From: Squalus acanthias
Lineage: Eukaryota
Assembly: GCA_030390025.1 (NCBI GenBank)
Contig: CM059432.1
Location: 11,470,001 to 11,534,000 of the forward strand
DNA: 64,000 bases
Direction: 5' to 3'
Each line of letters begins with the position of its first letter. The stretch's first letter is position 1. Shown here one piece after another: positions 11,923 through 24,127 of the stretch. The notes below the pieces were generated by a model. It was not told where the DNA came from and did no database searches. It saw only the letters and a program-made list of their open reading frames with translations. The position numbers and the translations under genes are program-made.

Positions 11923-12809
11923 GTTTGTATCTATTGAGTTTGTGTGTGTGTGTGTTTAGAACATTCATTGTGATTCATTATGGCTCTAAATTACTAAAAC
12001 TTTAAAAAAAAATGTCACACGTTTCACTCCAGGTAATGCAGGAAGTATGTAGGTAGCTACAACATTTATAAGTCGAGATTTTTTAAAACATCAATTTTTA
12101 ATAAGAATTTATAATGAAAATATGCAGTGCGTGTTATAAAAGATGAGTCTGAGAGTAAATGCACCTTTTGCTATGTAACTGAGCCACTCAGACCAGCAAG
12201 TCCCAGATTTGTGGAGTTAGCTGATCTCGGCTGGGGCAATGATTGGAGACGCAACAGTTGGCCTCAGCACCCCAGAGCGACAAAGGGGGAAAATAATTCA
12301 CCAGAGTTCCCAGTCCAGATAATTGTCTAAAGCTCCCTGCTGGAAAGTAAGTGTGTGGGTATCGGGCGAGGTTCATCTGCAATGCTTCCCACAGTCATTG
12401 TGTTGGCTTAATCTTGCCGAATGGTTCTTTAGACGAGGTACTGGAGTGACCATGCAACTGTACCCAAGTTTGGGAAGTTTCTTGGGTGCTTTTTTTTTAC
12501 TTGAATGGTGCTATAGAAATGCAGGCTGTTGTTATTGTTATTGAAGAGCAGTCACCACCTTTGGGAGAGAAAACGGTAGGAGAAAAAATATTCTCTGGTT
12601 CTTGTATATGTCTTTTATATCTCAACTTCTTTCATCATGCTTCCTTTTGTGTTATGCTATGATCACTTCTATCGTTTAACAATCTCCTGTTCGCCACCTA
12701 ATCATTTTACAAGTCATTCTTTTCCTTTTCTTGTGTATGTGGTCTTTCAACCCCCCCGCCTCGGCCTTGTTCCTTCTTGTATATTGTTGGTCAGAACTGG
12801 AAGGTATTA

Positions 12810-12940
12810 CTGATGAAGGATTGTACCTGAAATGTTAACTTTTTCCCCATTATCCACGTATGCTGCCTGACCGGCTGAGTGTTTCCAGGATTTTCTGTTT
12901 CTGCTTCAGATTTCCCGCATCCGCAGTATTTTGTATTTTT
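12810..12940 (+). mobile_element. Old Penelope-like terminal-repeat remnant with degenerate hammerhead
   Basis: CTGATGA-AGG..CCT-GAAAtgttaact followed by tgctgcctgacc.gctgagt.tttccag, as in 31297-31445. Confidence 0.55.
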
Positions 12941-14132
12941 GCGATTAACTCTGGTGTCCGTGGCCTGGATAGTGAGTGATGCAATTTCATTTTTGTGGTG
13001 CTCGTAGCTGATTTCTTTGAGACAGAAGGATCTGCATTATATTCCTATTAATTGATTAGGCTGCTATATAGATTAATTGGACTACTAGGAAAGGTCGATC
13101 ACAATGCCATCGCCCAATATGTCATGTCTAGTGTATTAGTGGTGTGTAGAATATCCCCTAGGGTAGAGTAATGGAATGATGGGCTAACAGTGATGCCTGC
13201 CGTTCTGCCTGATGTAATCTGGAGACATGGTAAAAATGAACCGATTGGGTGAGTTAAGGTTGCGCCAGACCAATTGCCATCCTAAGCTACCATAATGGCT
13301 TAGTGAAAAAAGACACTGCCCAATATACTGTTTGGACCAGAAGGTCACATATTTGATTCTGGACTCTGGTGATTTAGTTGATCTCAGCTTGGCAGCAGTT
13401 GAGGCCCCACAATTGGCTTCCCCCTCTCTTTCCCCCGCCCCCCCAACGCCTTCTTAGCCAGGTACGGGGGCGTGGGATAAATATCAGTTGGTGTTCCTGC
13501 TTCTGATTTGCTTTCCAGTGCCTGCTGTTGAAAAGTTCATGTGCGTGGAGTTACATTAGGAGAGGATCGCAAGTTTAACGCCCACGGTCGAATGCAAACC
13601 AGAAACTCGCCACCTAGGCTTGCTAAAGAAGAATGGTCACCTGAATGATGTGTCAGATACCTGTGTGCCCCATAAAACCCTATTCTTGCAAAAAGTCAGT
13701 GGCTTCAGAAGGGAGCAGAGAAAGTTGGCTTGATAAACAAATAAAATATGCACACACAAAATATAATATTTTCTCACCTGCCAATTTTCCCTCCTGCCCT
13801 GGGAGCACTGACTTCTCTCTGGGGACATGGAGCAGGCACTCTTCAGTACCTTGCCTAAGTGACTACTATTTGTGTATGCGACCAGACAGTGAGTGTCAGC
13901 AGGCTAGTGAACTGCAAAGACATTGAAACTGAACCTAATGCACTGCCTGTCACCATCCATCCATATTCACAGTCCAGCGAGGGTGATTGAATAATGATCA
14001 GGAGCCGAATCCTTTTTGTGGAACCATTAGTGGTCAATTTTTCCCTCCCCCCCCATGCTCCTACTGCTGTCCCGGCTAACTGCATGGCCTGAAGGTCGAT
14101 CCTGGGATCGTTTTTGTCTGTGTGGTTCAACT

Positions 14133-15178
14133 CTCTCTCTCTCTTAGGCAGTCCCTCGGAACCGAGGATGACTTGCTTCCGCGCTAAAAATGAGTTCTCA
14201 GGTGACTGATGAGTCCAATGCGGGCAACGATAGCAGTACGCCGTTCCGGTCTGTCACTGTTGGGGTTGCCTATGAGGGTCCTGACGTTCCAGGTCCGAAC
14301 TTCATTTTGAAGGGGTGGAAGATGCCTGTGCGTGGATTCTTTTAACGTGGGGTGGCCATTGCACACCAGCTACCACACGGACTTGACAGAGCAAGGTCTT
14401 GGTCCAATGGCAAGGAGATCCAAGACGATTGGAGACCAGGCTCTGCTACATTGGCCTAGCACACACACACACAAACATACTCCTACTGTCCTCCTCCCTC
14501 CTTCCTGCAGGTCCTCTCTGCCTGGGTTTCATAGGATGCAGTGGTAGCCCATGTTGCACCTTCCCTGGGCCCCGACCCGCTGCTGCTGGTCCACGCTGCG
14601 CCACTCCTGGTCCTCGACCACGCTGCTGGGCTCGTCCTCGCTCCTGGGCCCCGTCCTCGCTCCTGAGCCCCGTCCTCGACCTCGCTCCTGGGCCCTGTCC
14701 TCGACCTCGCTCCTGGGCCCCGACCCGTTGCTGCTGGTTCACGCTGTGCCACTCCTGGTTCTTGACCACGCTGCTGGGTTCGTCCTCGCTCTCGGGCCCC
14801 GTCCTCACTCTCGGGCCCCGTCCTCACTCTCGGGCCCCGTCCTCGCTCCCGGGCCCCGTCCTCACTCTCGGGCCCCGGCCTCGACCTCGCTCCCGGGCCC
14901 CGGCCTCGACCTCGCTCCCGGGCCTCGACCTCGCTCCCGGGCCCCGGCCTCGACCTCGCTCCCGGGCCCCGGCCTCGACCTCGCTCCCGGGCCCCGGCCT
15001 CGACCTCGCTCCCGGGCCTCGACCTCGCTCCCCGGCCCCGGCCTCGACCTCACTCCCGGCCCCGACCTCGCTCCTGGGCCCCGGCCTCGACCTCGCTCCC
15101 GGGCCCCGGCCTCGACCTCGCTCCCGGGCCCCGGCCTCGACCTTTAAGGCCTCTGTTCACCCGCCGCTTCTCCCGCCA
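14133..15178 (-). mobile_element. Internally deleted, non-autonomous RTE-clade element with 10-bp TSD
   Basis: TSD TGGTTCAACT at 14123-14132 and 15179-15188; endonuclease start WNVRTL..RPERRTAIVAR fused to the C-terminal RIGLISHLRTH; (AG)n tail. Confidence 0.8.
14565..15142. repeat. GC/CpG-rich minisatellite (about 25-bp unit ggcctcgacctcgctcccgggcccc, with about 19-bp variants)
   Basis: Directly visible tandem array inside the 5' region of the RTE-derived element. Confidence 0.9.
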
Positions 15179-15524
15179 TGGTTCAACTACCCGCTACCTA
15201 ACCGGCTGAGGGAGCCACCTTTATTAAACTTTTAAATTTAATTGAAGTGTCGTTTTATTTTTAATGAGTATTTTTCTATGTGGAATTAACTCCGACAAAT
15301 ACTTCTGTAACCATGATGAGTAGACAGGTTGAATTAGATTTATTGCATGTCCAAATCAACAAAATCCTTTAGTACTTTAACCTAAAGTACAGGTAGGTGG
15401 AGTTACAAAGCCCGAGTTACAAGGCTCGAGTGGAGCGTAAACGCCAGCATGGACTGGTTGGGCCGAATGGCTTGTTTCTGTGCTGTTTATCTTTTGTAAG
15501 TGTTTGACTTCTGATGTTCTAAAT

Positions 15525-15800
15525 AGAAATTTACGGCACAGAAGGAAGCCATTCGGCCCGTCTTGTCTGTGCCGGCTGAAAAAGAGCTATCCAGCCTAAT
15601 CCCACTTTCCAGCTCTTGGTCCGTAGCCCTGTAGGTTACCACACTTCCAGTGCATATCCGAGTACTTTTTAATTGCGATGAGGGTTTCTGCCTCTACCAC
15701 CCTTTCAGTCAGTGAGTTCCAGACCCCCACCACCCCCTGGATGAAAAAAGTCTTCCTCAACTCCCCTCTAATCCTTCCACCAATTACTTTATATCTATTC
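15525..15800 (-). mobile_element. CR1 LINE 3' end
   Basis: Reverse complement of the CR1 ORF2 end and 3'UTR (ggcacagaagga.gccattcggccc). Confidence 0.75.
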
Positions 15801-16010
15801 CTTCAACAAGTTTCAATTTAATGTCCATTAAGTTGCATGGGATGCCTTCCCTGGGTACAAGCTCAGCTGTTTGATTATACCTTTTTTTTTAAACAGCTTC
15901 TGATTGTAGGATGGTCTTCATTTATTTACATCTGAATTAAATATTTATAAATTGACTCAGTGCTCTTAGCTGAAGGGGCTGACTTTTTTTTAATTTTCTC
16001 CTTCCGTCAG

Positions 16011-16199
16011 GATGAGAATAGTATGAACCGTCCAGTGTGCTCCTATATAAGACCCTTGCGAGCTGGGAGGCTTCTGGACACTCCAAGACAAGCAGCCCGA
16101 TTCGTCAATGTTCTTGGTTACGAAAGAGCAGCCGTGGTTGGAGGTGGAACCAAGCAGGAACAGTGGTGCACTCTGCTGCCTTTTCTCTGCAGAGGCAAG
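16011..16199 (+). CDS. CEP76: CEP76 coding exon
   Basis: cgtcag|DENSMNRPVCSYIRPLRAGRLLDTPRQAARFVNVLGYERAAVVGGGTKQEQWCTLLPFLCRGK|gtattt; 189 nt. Confidence 0.95.
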
Positions 16200-16267
16200 G
16201 TATTTGTTTTGTATATATTTGTATTTTCAAAGACAACAGTGAATTCTGTCTTCAACAGCCAGCTGAT

Positions 16268-18687
16268 CATAGAAGCATAGAATAGTACAGCACAGAAGGA
16301 GGCCATTCGGTCCATTGAATCTGCGCAGATTTTTCAAAGAGCAATCCGGTTAGTCCCACTCCCCCGCTCTTTCCCCAAATCCCTGCAATTTTTTCTCCTT
16401 CAAGTATTTATCCAATTCCCCTTTTGAAGGCTACTATTGAATCTGTATCCACCACCCTATCAGGCAGTGCAGTCCAGATCCTAACCACTCGTTGCATAAA
16501 AAAGTTTTTCCTCATGTCGGATCTGGGGGTTCTTTTGCCAATCACCTTAAATCTGTGCCCTCTGGTTATCGACCATTGGAAACAGTTTCTCTTTATTTCC
16601 TCTACCTAAACCCTTCATGATTTTAAACACCTCTATCAATTCTCTTCTTAGCCTTCTCTGCTCTAAGGAGAACAACCACAGCTTCTCCAGTAATTGCTCA
16701 TCCCTCATCCCTGGAACCATTCTAGTAAATCTCTTCTGTACCCTCTCCAAAGCCTTCACATTCTTCCTAAAGTGTGGTGCCCAGAATTGGACACAATGCA
16801 CCACCACTGTTTTATATAGGTTGAGTATAACTTCCTAGCTTTTGTACCCTATGCCTCTATTTATAATGCCTAGGGATCCCATATGCTTTATTAACTGCTC
16901 TGTTAACCTGTTATGCCAACTTTCAAAGATTTGTGCACAAACTCCCCAGGTCGCTCTCCTCTTACACCCCCTTTAAGATTGTACCATTTATTGTGTATTG
17001 TCTCTCCTCATTCTTCCTGCCAAAATGTATCACCTCGCACTTTTCTGCGTTGAATTTCATCTGCCACGTGTCCGCCCATTCCACCAGCCTGTCTATGTCC
17101 TCTTGAAGTCTATCACTATCTTCCTCACTGTTTACTACACCTCCAAGTTTCGTGTCTTCTGCAAATGTCAAAATTGTGCCCTGTGCCCCCAAGTCATTAA
17201 TGTATATCAAAAACAGCAGTGGTTCTTGGAGAACTCCCCTGTATACTTCCCTCCAGTCCCCAAAACAGCCATTCACAGCTCTCTGTTTTCAATCCCTTAG
17301 CCAATTTTGTATCCACGCTGCTGCTGTCCCTTTTATCCCATGGGCTTCAATTTTGCGACCAAGCTTAATATATGGCACTTTATCAAATGCCTTTTGAAAA
17401 TCCATATACACAACATCAACTGCACTGCCCTCATCCACCCTCTCCGTTACCTCATCAAAAAAACTCAACCAAGTTAGTCAAACACGATTTGCCTTTAACA
17501 AATCCGTGTTAGCTCTCCTTTATCAGTCCATACTTGTCCAAGTGGCTGTTAATTTTCTCCCGGATTATTGTTTCTAAAAGCTTCTCCACCAACGACGTTA
17601 AACTGACTGGCCTTTAATTGCAAGGTTTATCCTTCTCCCCTTTTTTGAACAAGGTGTAACATTTACAATCCTCCAGTCCTTGGAAGATTGTGGCCAGCAC
17701 CTCTGCAATTTCTACCCTTACTTCCTTCAGCAACCTAGGATGCATCCCATCCGGACTGGGTGACTTATCCACTTTAAGTACTGCCAGCCTTTCTAGTACC
17801 TCCTCTTTATTTTTATTTCATCCGGTGTCCCGGCGACCTCCTCGTTTACCATAGCTTTGGCAAAGTCCTCTTCCTTGGTAAACACCGATGCAAAATACTC
17901 ATTTAGTACCTCAGCCATGCCTTCTGGCTGCACCAATACATCTCCATTTTGGGCCTAATTGGCCCCACCACTCCTCTGGCAACCCTTTTACTGTTAATAT
18001 GCCTATAGAAGACCTTTGGATTCCCTTTTATGTTAGTCGCCAATCTATTCTCGTACAGTCTCTTTGCCGCTCTTATTTCCTTTTTCACTTCTCTACTTTT
18101 TATAATTGTCCTGATTCTCCCCTCTATTATCAAGCTGACATCTGTCATGCGCCCCCTTTTTCTGCTTCATCCTACTCTCTTAACATCTTCGTCATCCAGG
18201 GAGCGCTGGCTTTGGTTGCCCTCCCTTTCCCCCTTGTGGGAATGTACTTAGACTGCACCCGAACCATCTCCTCTTTAAAAGGCCGCCCATTGCTCCATTT
18301 CATTTCTGGCTGCCAGTCTTTGACTACAATTTACCTGGGCCAGATCCCTGCACAGTTCGCTGAAATTAGCCCTCCTCCAGTTTAGTATTTTTATTCTAGA
18401 TTGCTCCTTGTCCTTCTCCATAACTAATCTAAACCTTATGATACTATGATCACAATTCCCGAGATGCTTCCCGACTCTGACATTTTCCACTTGATCCACT
18501 TCATTCCCCAGGACTAGATCCAGCAATGCCTCCTTCCTCGTTGGGCAGGAAACATACTGATCAAGAAAATTCTCCTGAACACACTTCAGAAATTCCTCCC
18601 CTTCTCTGCCCTTAACACAATCACTGCCCCATTCAATATTGGGGTAGTTAAAGTCGCCCATTATCACTACTCTATAGCTCTTGCATC
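16268..18687 (-). mobile_element. CR1 LINE, degenerate ORF2 (endonuclease end plus RT), 69 nt from a CEP76 exon
   Basis: IMGDFNYP..LLDLVLGN..CDH (APE endonuclease); FLIYINDL, FAEDTKL, CVQFWAPHFRK; multiple lesions. Confidence 0.9.
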
Positions 18688-19139
18688 AAGGCTAAACAAG
18701 GTCTTTTGAATCAAAATTAGAAATGGATTTCTTGGCTTCTGGTTTTCAGAATTCTGAATCCTTGTTCTGATATTCTTTTCTCCTTGTCCCCATGCAGTGC
18801 ACAATCTGTTACTATTCAGATTTTACCATGGTGTAGTTCAATTTATAGATCATGACAGATGCTGTCTTGCATGTAATGTGTAAAGATGGTTGTTACAATT
18901 CAGGCTATTTCCCAAAACTTGTATCTTGTGTTCACAGCATGAAGGTTGTTTCCATAAGCAGACACAATCTCCTATGATCTTAAACCTGTGCCCTTATATG
19001 TGCTGTGCCCAGGATTAGCAATAAGTCCCTTTCCTCTGCTCCCGGTAACAGTGTTAACCACCATAATTCTCATGGGATGTGCATCACGTTCTCCTGATTC
19101 TTTGAAAGGTTGCAGATCCCATTGCGCCAAGGCAATGCA

Positions 19140-19430
19140 CTCCAGAGACTTGAGTACTGAGGGAGCGCTGCACTGTCGGCAGTGCCGTCGTTCGGATGAG
19201 ACGTTAAACCGAGGCCCCGTCTGCTCGCTCAGGTGGTCGTAAAAGATCTCCTGGCACTGTTTAGAAGAAGAGCAGGGGGAGTTATCCCCGGTGTCCTGGC
19301 CAATATTTATCTCTCAATCGACATCACCAAAACAGATTATCTGGTCATAATCACATTGCTGTTTGTGGGAGCTTGCTGTGCGCAAATTGGCTGCCATTTT
19401 TCCTACATTACAATAGTGACTGGACTGCAA
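19140..19430 (+). mobile_element. Deu-domain SINE fragment
   Basis: Similarity to 20868-21310. Confidence 0.75.
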
Positions 19431-20048
19431 TGAATGTGTTCGACCCTCTAATTATTGAATCCCCCATCACTACTGCATTTGTGTGTTAAGCCCACCACCA
19501 CCACCCGTACCCCAAACCATTTCTTGCTTATTTGATGGCCCTGCCCAGAGTCCTCATTTTCCCTACGGGAAGCTAACGCTTCAATATGTTTGAAAGAAAA
19601 GAAAAAGACTTGCATTTATATAGCGCCTTTCACGACCACTTCATTGGCTGTAAAGTGCTTTGGGACGTCCAGTGGTTGTGAAAGGCGCTATATGAATGCA
19701 AGTCTCTCTTTCTGGTTAAATATTTTACTAATTCACCAGTGACTTGTACAGGATTTTTGTAAATTATATAAAGAAAAAAGCTCATCACGTTCACAAAATG
19801 TCTGAAAGCACTTCACATCCAATTAATTATTTATTGGCAATCAGTCTTTGTTGTAATGCAGGCAAATTGCGTGTTCTGATATTTCAGTAGTTGGCTGGGG
19901 GTGGCGGGGAGAGAAAGATACACGAGAGAGGGGCAATGAAAGAAAAACGCTCTAGCACATCTATGTATTGTTAAAATATTGTTGCGATGGGATGAAAAAA
20001 TCTTTCTCTTGTCCAGAATCAATGTAACTAACTGTTGGTAACCCGCAG

Positions 20049-20215
20049 GGAGACTGTGAGGATCATGCCAACTTACTGTGCAGTTTGCTGCTGGGCTTTG
20101 GACTGGACGCCTATGTGTGCGTTGGAACGAAAGCAAAAAGGGTGCCCCACACTTGGGTGATGACTTATGGAACTGATGGAGCTGTCGTTTTCTGGGAGAG
20201 CTTAACCGGACACAG
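20049..20215 (+). CDS. CEP76: CEP76 coding exon (transglutaminase-like region)
   Basis: ccgcag|GDCEDHANLLCSLLLGFGLDAYVCVGTKAKRVPHTWVMTYGTDGAVVFWESLTGH AG|gtgaa; 167 nt. Confidence 0.94.
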
Positions 20216-20867
20216 GTGAAATCAGAGTGCTCGTGGTTTGGAAACCACCCATAAATAAATCAAATCTCTGAAACACAGCAGATCTATTATTCAACCATTT
20301 GGCATTACCAGTGTATTTTTCTACCCCACTTTTCGGTATGCTGGCCCGCATATGCACTATTCTATGACTGAGAGGGTGGATGTGCAGGTAGCATACTGTA
20401 GGTTCTCTCTGCCAGTTCCACTGGTGGATTTGCAGCCTTCAGATCCAGGCCCTGTTGAATTGGACTGCCTACGTCTGTTGGTTTTGAGAAAGCCACAAAA
20501 GAAAATTGCTAGCTCGGGATAAGGTAATAATTTTTGTAGACCCCAGCACATTGGTAGAGTTCGATCTGGACACGGGGAAATTCCTGGATCTTGCCTCAGT
20601 TCAGGGTCTTGAACGTCACCAATGTATTGAGTATTAATATAATTCATTAGCAAGACATTGACCTTCCACACAATGAAGTTGGACCGTCCAGTGACTCAAA
20701 ACTGAAAGAAATGCTAATGTAAGCAATTTGTGTATTTTATAGTGTGATCTACTTGAGTAGGATTTATCCAGGTACCTGAGCATTCTCAGTGTTTTGTGAA
20801 AATTGTAGTTGGGACATTCCCCCTGCCATTAATTATAAACATGGAAGGTGTCAGTCGTGGCTGGAAG

Positions 20868-21310
20868 GTGTCAGCTGTGGCTCAGTTGGTAGCACCCTCG
20901 CCTCTGAGTCAGAAGGTTGTGGGTTCAAGTCCAGGGACTTGAGCACAAAAATCTAGGCTGACACTCCAGTACAGTGCTGAGGGAGTGCTGCACTGTTGGA
21001 GGTGACGTCTTTTGGATGAGACGTTAAACCGAGGTCCCGTCTGCACTCTCAGGTGGACGTAAAAGATCCCATGGCACTATTTCGAAGAAGAGCAGGGGAG
21101 TTATCCCCGGTGTCCTGGCCAATATTTATCCCTCAGTCAACATCACTAAGACAGATTATCTGGTCATTATCACATTGCTGTTTGTGGGAGCTTGCTGTGC
21201 ATAAATTGGCTGCCGCATTTCCTACATTACAACAGTGACTACACTTCAAAAAGTACTTCATTGGCTGTGAAGCGCTTTGGGGTAAACTGTATAAATGCAC
21301 ATCTTTCTTT
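20868..21310 (+). mobile_element. Near full-length tRNA-headed Deu-domain SINE (SacSINE1-like)
   Basis: A-box tggctcagttgg, B-box ggttcaagtcc, Deu core, L2-like tail; 20-bp tandem duplication at the 5' end (20842-20881). Confidence 0.8.
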
Positions 21311-21928
21311 TTGTAGGATTGTGTAGGACCAGAGCAGACTATCATGGTCTCAAAGTTCAGACAATGCCGTTCTTTATTCTGTTATATCTCAGTTACTTCT
21401 ATTGCCAAAGAACTAACCAGTTCTCTCTCTAATTTGCTGGTGCTATCTGTTTCTACTGTTTCCCTAGGCAATCTGTCCACACGCTTACCACTCTGTGTGA
21501 ACTAGTTAAATCTAAACTGTCTTCTGTTCTGAGCTGGAGTCTGTGGCCTTTGTTTGCAGAATTTATGGTTTTAAATTTTATTATATGTTCAGTTTATCTC
21601 TACTCCCTGGAATCTTAAACTTTGATTAATGTCTTACCAGCTGTTTTTTCTCGTTTCTTTAGTGTTTCCTCGTAGCCTTGGCATGTAATCCCTGGAATCA
21701 GTTTAGTTGCCCTCCTCTGTACATTTCCCAAAGACAGGAGAGGGTGCAGAGGAGGGCATCTAAACTAGTACCAGGGATTACACAACTGTCGTATGATGAC
21801 ATGACTTGTCCGGGTCAGGCCAAACCAGTGCACTATACTCAGTATTACCCCTGGGGCCTGTATTCTATCCCTCTGACTGTACGCCCTAAAATCTCGTTTG
21901 CTTTCTTTACTGCTTTGATGGCTTCAAC

Positions 21929-22200
21929 AATAAGGGGTCGGCCATTTAGGACTGAGATGAGGAGAAATTTCTTCACTCAAAGGGTTGTGAATCTTTGGAA
22001 TCCTTTACCCCAGAGGGCTGTGGCTGCTCTGTTGTTGAGTATATTCAAGACAGAGATCGATAGATTTTTGGATACTAAGGGAATCAAGGCATATGGGGAT
22101 AGTGCGGGAAGGTGGAGTTGAGGTAGAAGATCAGCTATGATCTTATTAAATGGCGGAACAGGCTCGAATGGTCTACTTCTGCTCCTATTTCTTATGTTCT
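21929..22200 (+). mobile_element. CR1 LINE 3' end
   Basis: IRGRPFRTEMRRNFFTQRVVNLWNPLPQ and ttcttatg tail. Confidence 0.85.
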
Positions 22201-22724
22201 AACAAGTTATCCCATGTGCTTCTCCTGTGTGTTCTGTAGTCTGCTGCTATTCATCTTATGCTCTTTCTGCTTATTCCCCTTCCCCAGTCTCATCACCTTG
22301 CATTAAATAACCCTTGCCACTTGTCAGCCCAATTCTCCCAACTATCCAGATCCCTCTGTACTTGATTCACTTGTTCTTCGTTATTTGCAATCCGACCCAT
22401 CAGAAAATTTGGTTATCTTCATTTCTGTCTCCTCTTCCAATTTATTTTTATTTATTCATTCTCGGGATGTGGGCGTCGCTATCAAGGCCTGCATTTATTG
22501 CCATCCCTAGTTGCCCTGAGAAGGTGGTGGCAGGCCGCCTTCTTGAACCTCTTCCATATTTTTTGTCACGGTTTTTGATGCAACTGAGGGGCTTAATAGG
22601 GCAGTTCAGAGTCAACCACATTGGGACTGGAGTTACATACAGGCCAAACTGTGCGCAGTGCTCGGGGTGTGGTCTGATCAAGGTATTTGAAGACCAGGAT
22701 CGTCCACAGTGCTCCAAGTGGGCT

Positions 22725-23020
22725 CTTGGTTGGACCACACTTGGAGCGCTCTGCACAGTTCTGGTCTCCGTGTGCCTTGGTTGGACCACACTTGGAGCGC
22801 TGCGCACAGTTCTGGTCTCCGGATGCCTTGGTCGGACCACACTTGGAGCACTGCGCGCAGTTTTGGTCTCCATGTACCTTGGTCGGACCGCACTTGGAGC
22901 GCTCTGCACGGTTCTGGTCTCCATGTGCCTTGGTTGGACCACACTTGGAGCGCTGCGCACAGTTTTGGTCTCCATATACCTTGGTTAGACCACACTTGGA
23001 GCACTGCGCACAGTTCTGAG
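22725..23020 (+). repeat. 51-bp minisatellite (about 6 units) derived from CR1 ORF2
   Basis: Units start 22725, 22776, 22827, 22878, 22929, 22980; they translate LVGPHLER/HCAQFWSP, the CR1 LVRPHLEYCVQFWSP motif. Confidence 0.9.
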
Positions 23021-23180
23021 GTCCATATTATAAAATGGATACAGAGGCACTGGAGAAAAGGCAAAAAAAAAGATTTACAAGGATGGTACCGGAACTGTGA
23101 GATTACCATTATCGGGAAAGACTGAACAGGCTGGGGCTTTATTCTTTGGAGCAGAGACGGCTGAGGAGTGACCTGATGGA

Positions 23181-23626
23181 GGTGGCATAGTGGTTAGCAC
23201 TGGTGCCTCACAGCGCCAGGGACCTGGGTTCAAATCCGGCCTTGGGTGACTGTCTGTGTGGAGTTTGCACATTCTCCCCATGTCTGCGTGGGTTTCCTCC
23301 GGGTGCTCCGGTTTCCTCCCACAGTCCAAAAATGTGCGGGTTAGGTTGATTTGGCTATGATAAATTGACCCTTAGTGTTAGGGGGGGATTAAATATGTGG
23401 GGTTACGGGGATAGGATGGGATATGTTAGGGGGAATTAAATGCGTGGGGTTACGGGGATAGGGTGGGATATGTGTCGGTGCAGGTTCGATGGGGATTCTG
23501 TGTGGGAGAGCAGGGACAGGGTACTGGATTTGGATGATCAGCCATGATCGTATTGAATGGTGGAGCAGGCTCGATGGGCCGAATGGCCTACTCCTGCTCC
23601 TAGTTTCTATGTTTCTATGTTTCTAT
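23181..23626 (+). mobile_element. HE1-like V-SINE with CR1-type tail
   Basis: tRNA head ggtggcatagtggttagc..gggttcaaatcc; V-domain gtgtggagtttgcacattctcccc..gtgggtttcctccgggtgctccggtttcctccc; (tttctatg)n tail. Confidence 0.85.
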
Positions 23627-23800
23627 ACTGGGTAAGGAGGACAGGTTTCCTTCCCTGAAGGACATCAGTGAACCAGTTGGGTTTTTACGACCATCGACAG
23701 CTTCATGGTCATTTTCACTGATGCCAGCTTTTTATTTCCAGATTCCTTCCTTAAACTGAATTCAAATTCTCAAACTGCCATAATGGGATAAATGTAGATA

Positions 23801-24127
23801 CAGGAAACTCTCGTTTAAACGGCACCTCAAATATCCGGAATTCTCTATTAACCGGCAAAATTCATACTCCAAAAACACCTCAATAACCGGAAATGTTGCC
23901 GAGTCCGAGTCTCCCGCGGTGGCCGAGTTAGTCAGTGGGGGTAGTTCTCCAAACTGCCACTACTCGGCTTCTTGGCGCTGTCGGAAGTCCGAACACCTCA
24001 ATAACAGGAGTCTGACTCTTTGTTTGTTAAAAATAGCCTCGGTAGATAACCCTCTCCGTTATCCGGAATTTTTAATCAACCGGCACCATCCTGGTCCCGT
24101 AGGTGCCGGATACCAAAGAGTTTCCTG
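23801..24127. mobile_element. Tc1/mariner (Tigger/pogo-like) MITE, 327 bp
   Basis: TIRs CAGGAAACTCT / AGAGTTTCCTG, TA on both flanks (23799-23800, 24128-24129). Confidence 0.8.

Larger units (their letters stand above)
22448..23790 (-). mobile_element. Meta-type SINE interrupted (about 22647-23626) by a CR1-derived minisatellite and an HE1-like SINE
   Basis: Both outer segments match the reverse complement of the SINE at 37012-37437 and are colinear across the insertion. Confidence 0.65.

Noticed and set aside
14399..15235. 278-aa and 198-aa Pro/Arg-rich ORFs
   Set aside because: Stop-free frames produced by the GC-rich tandem repeat; no domain or splice support
16200..20048. U12-type intron suggested by the weak pyrimidine tract
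   Set aside because: Donor is gtatttgt, not the U12 consensus GTATCCTT
20868..20940. tRNA genes (also at 23181, 32847, 37012, 56515)
   Set aside because: A/B boxes are SINE heads followed by SINE bodies; no full cloverleaf
22725..23020. Possible CRISPR-like array
   Set aside because: Contiguous tandem units with no unique spacers, derived from CR1 coding sequence, in eukaryotic DNA
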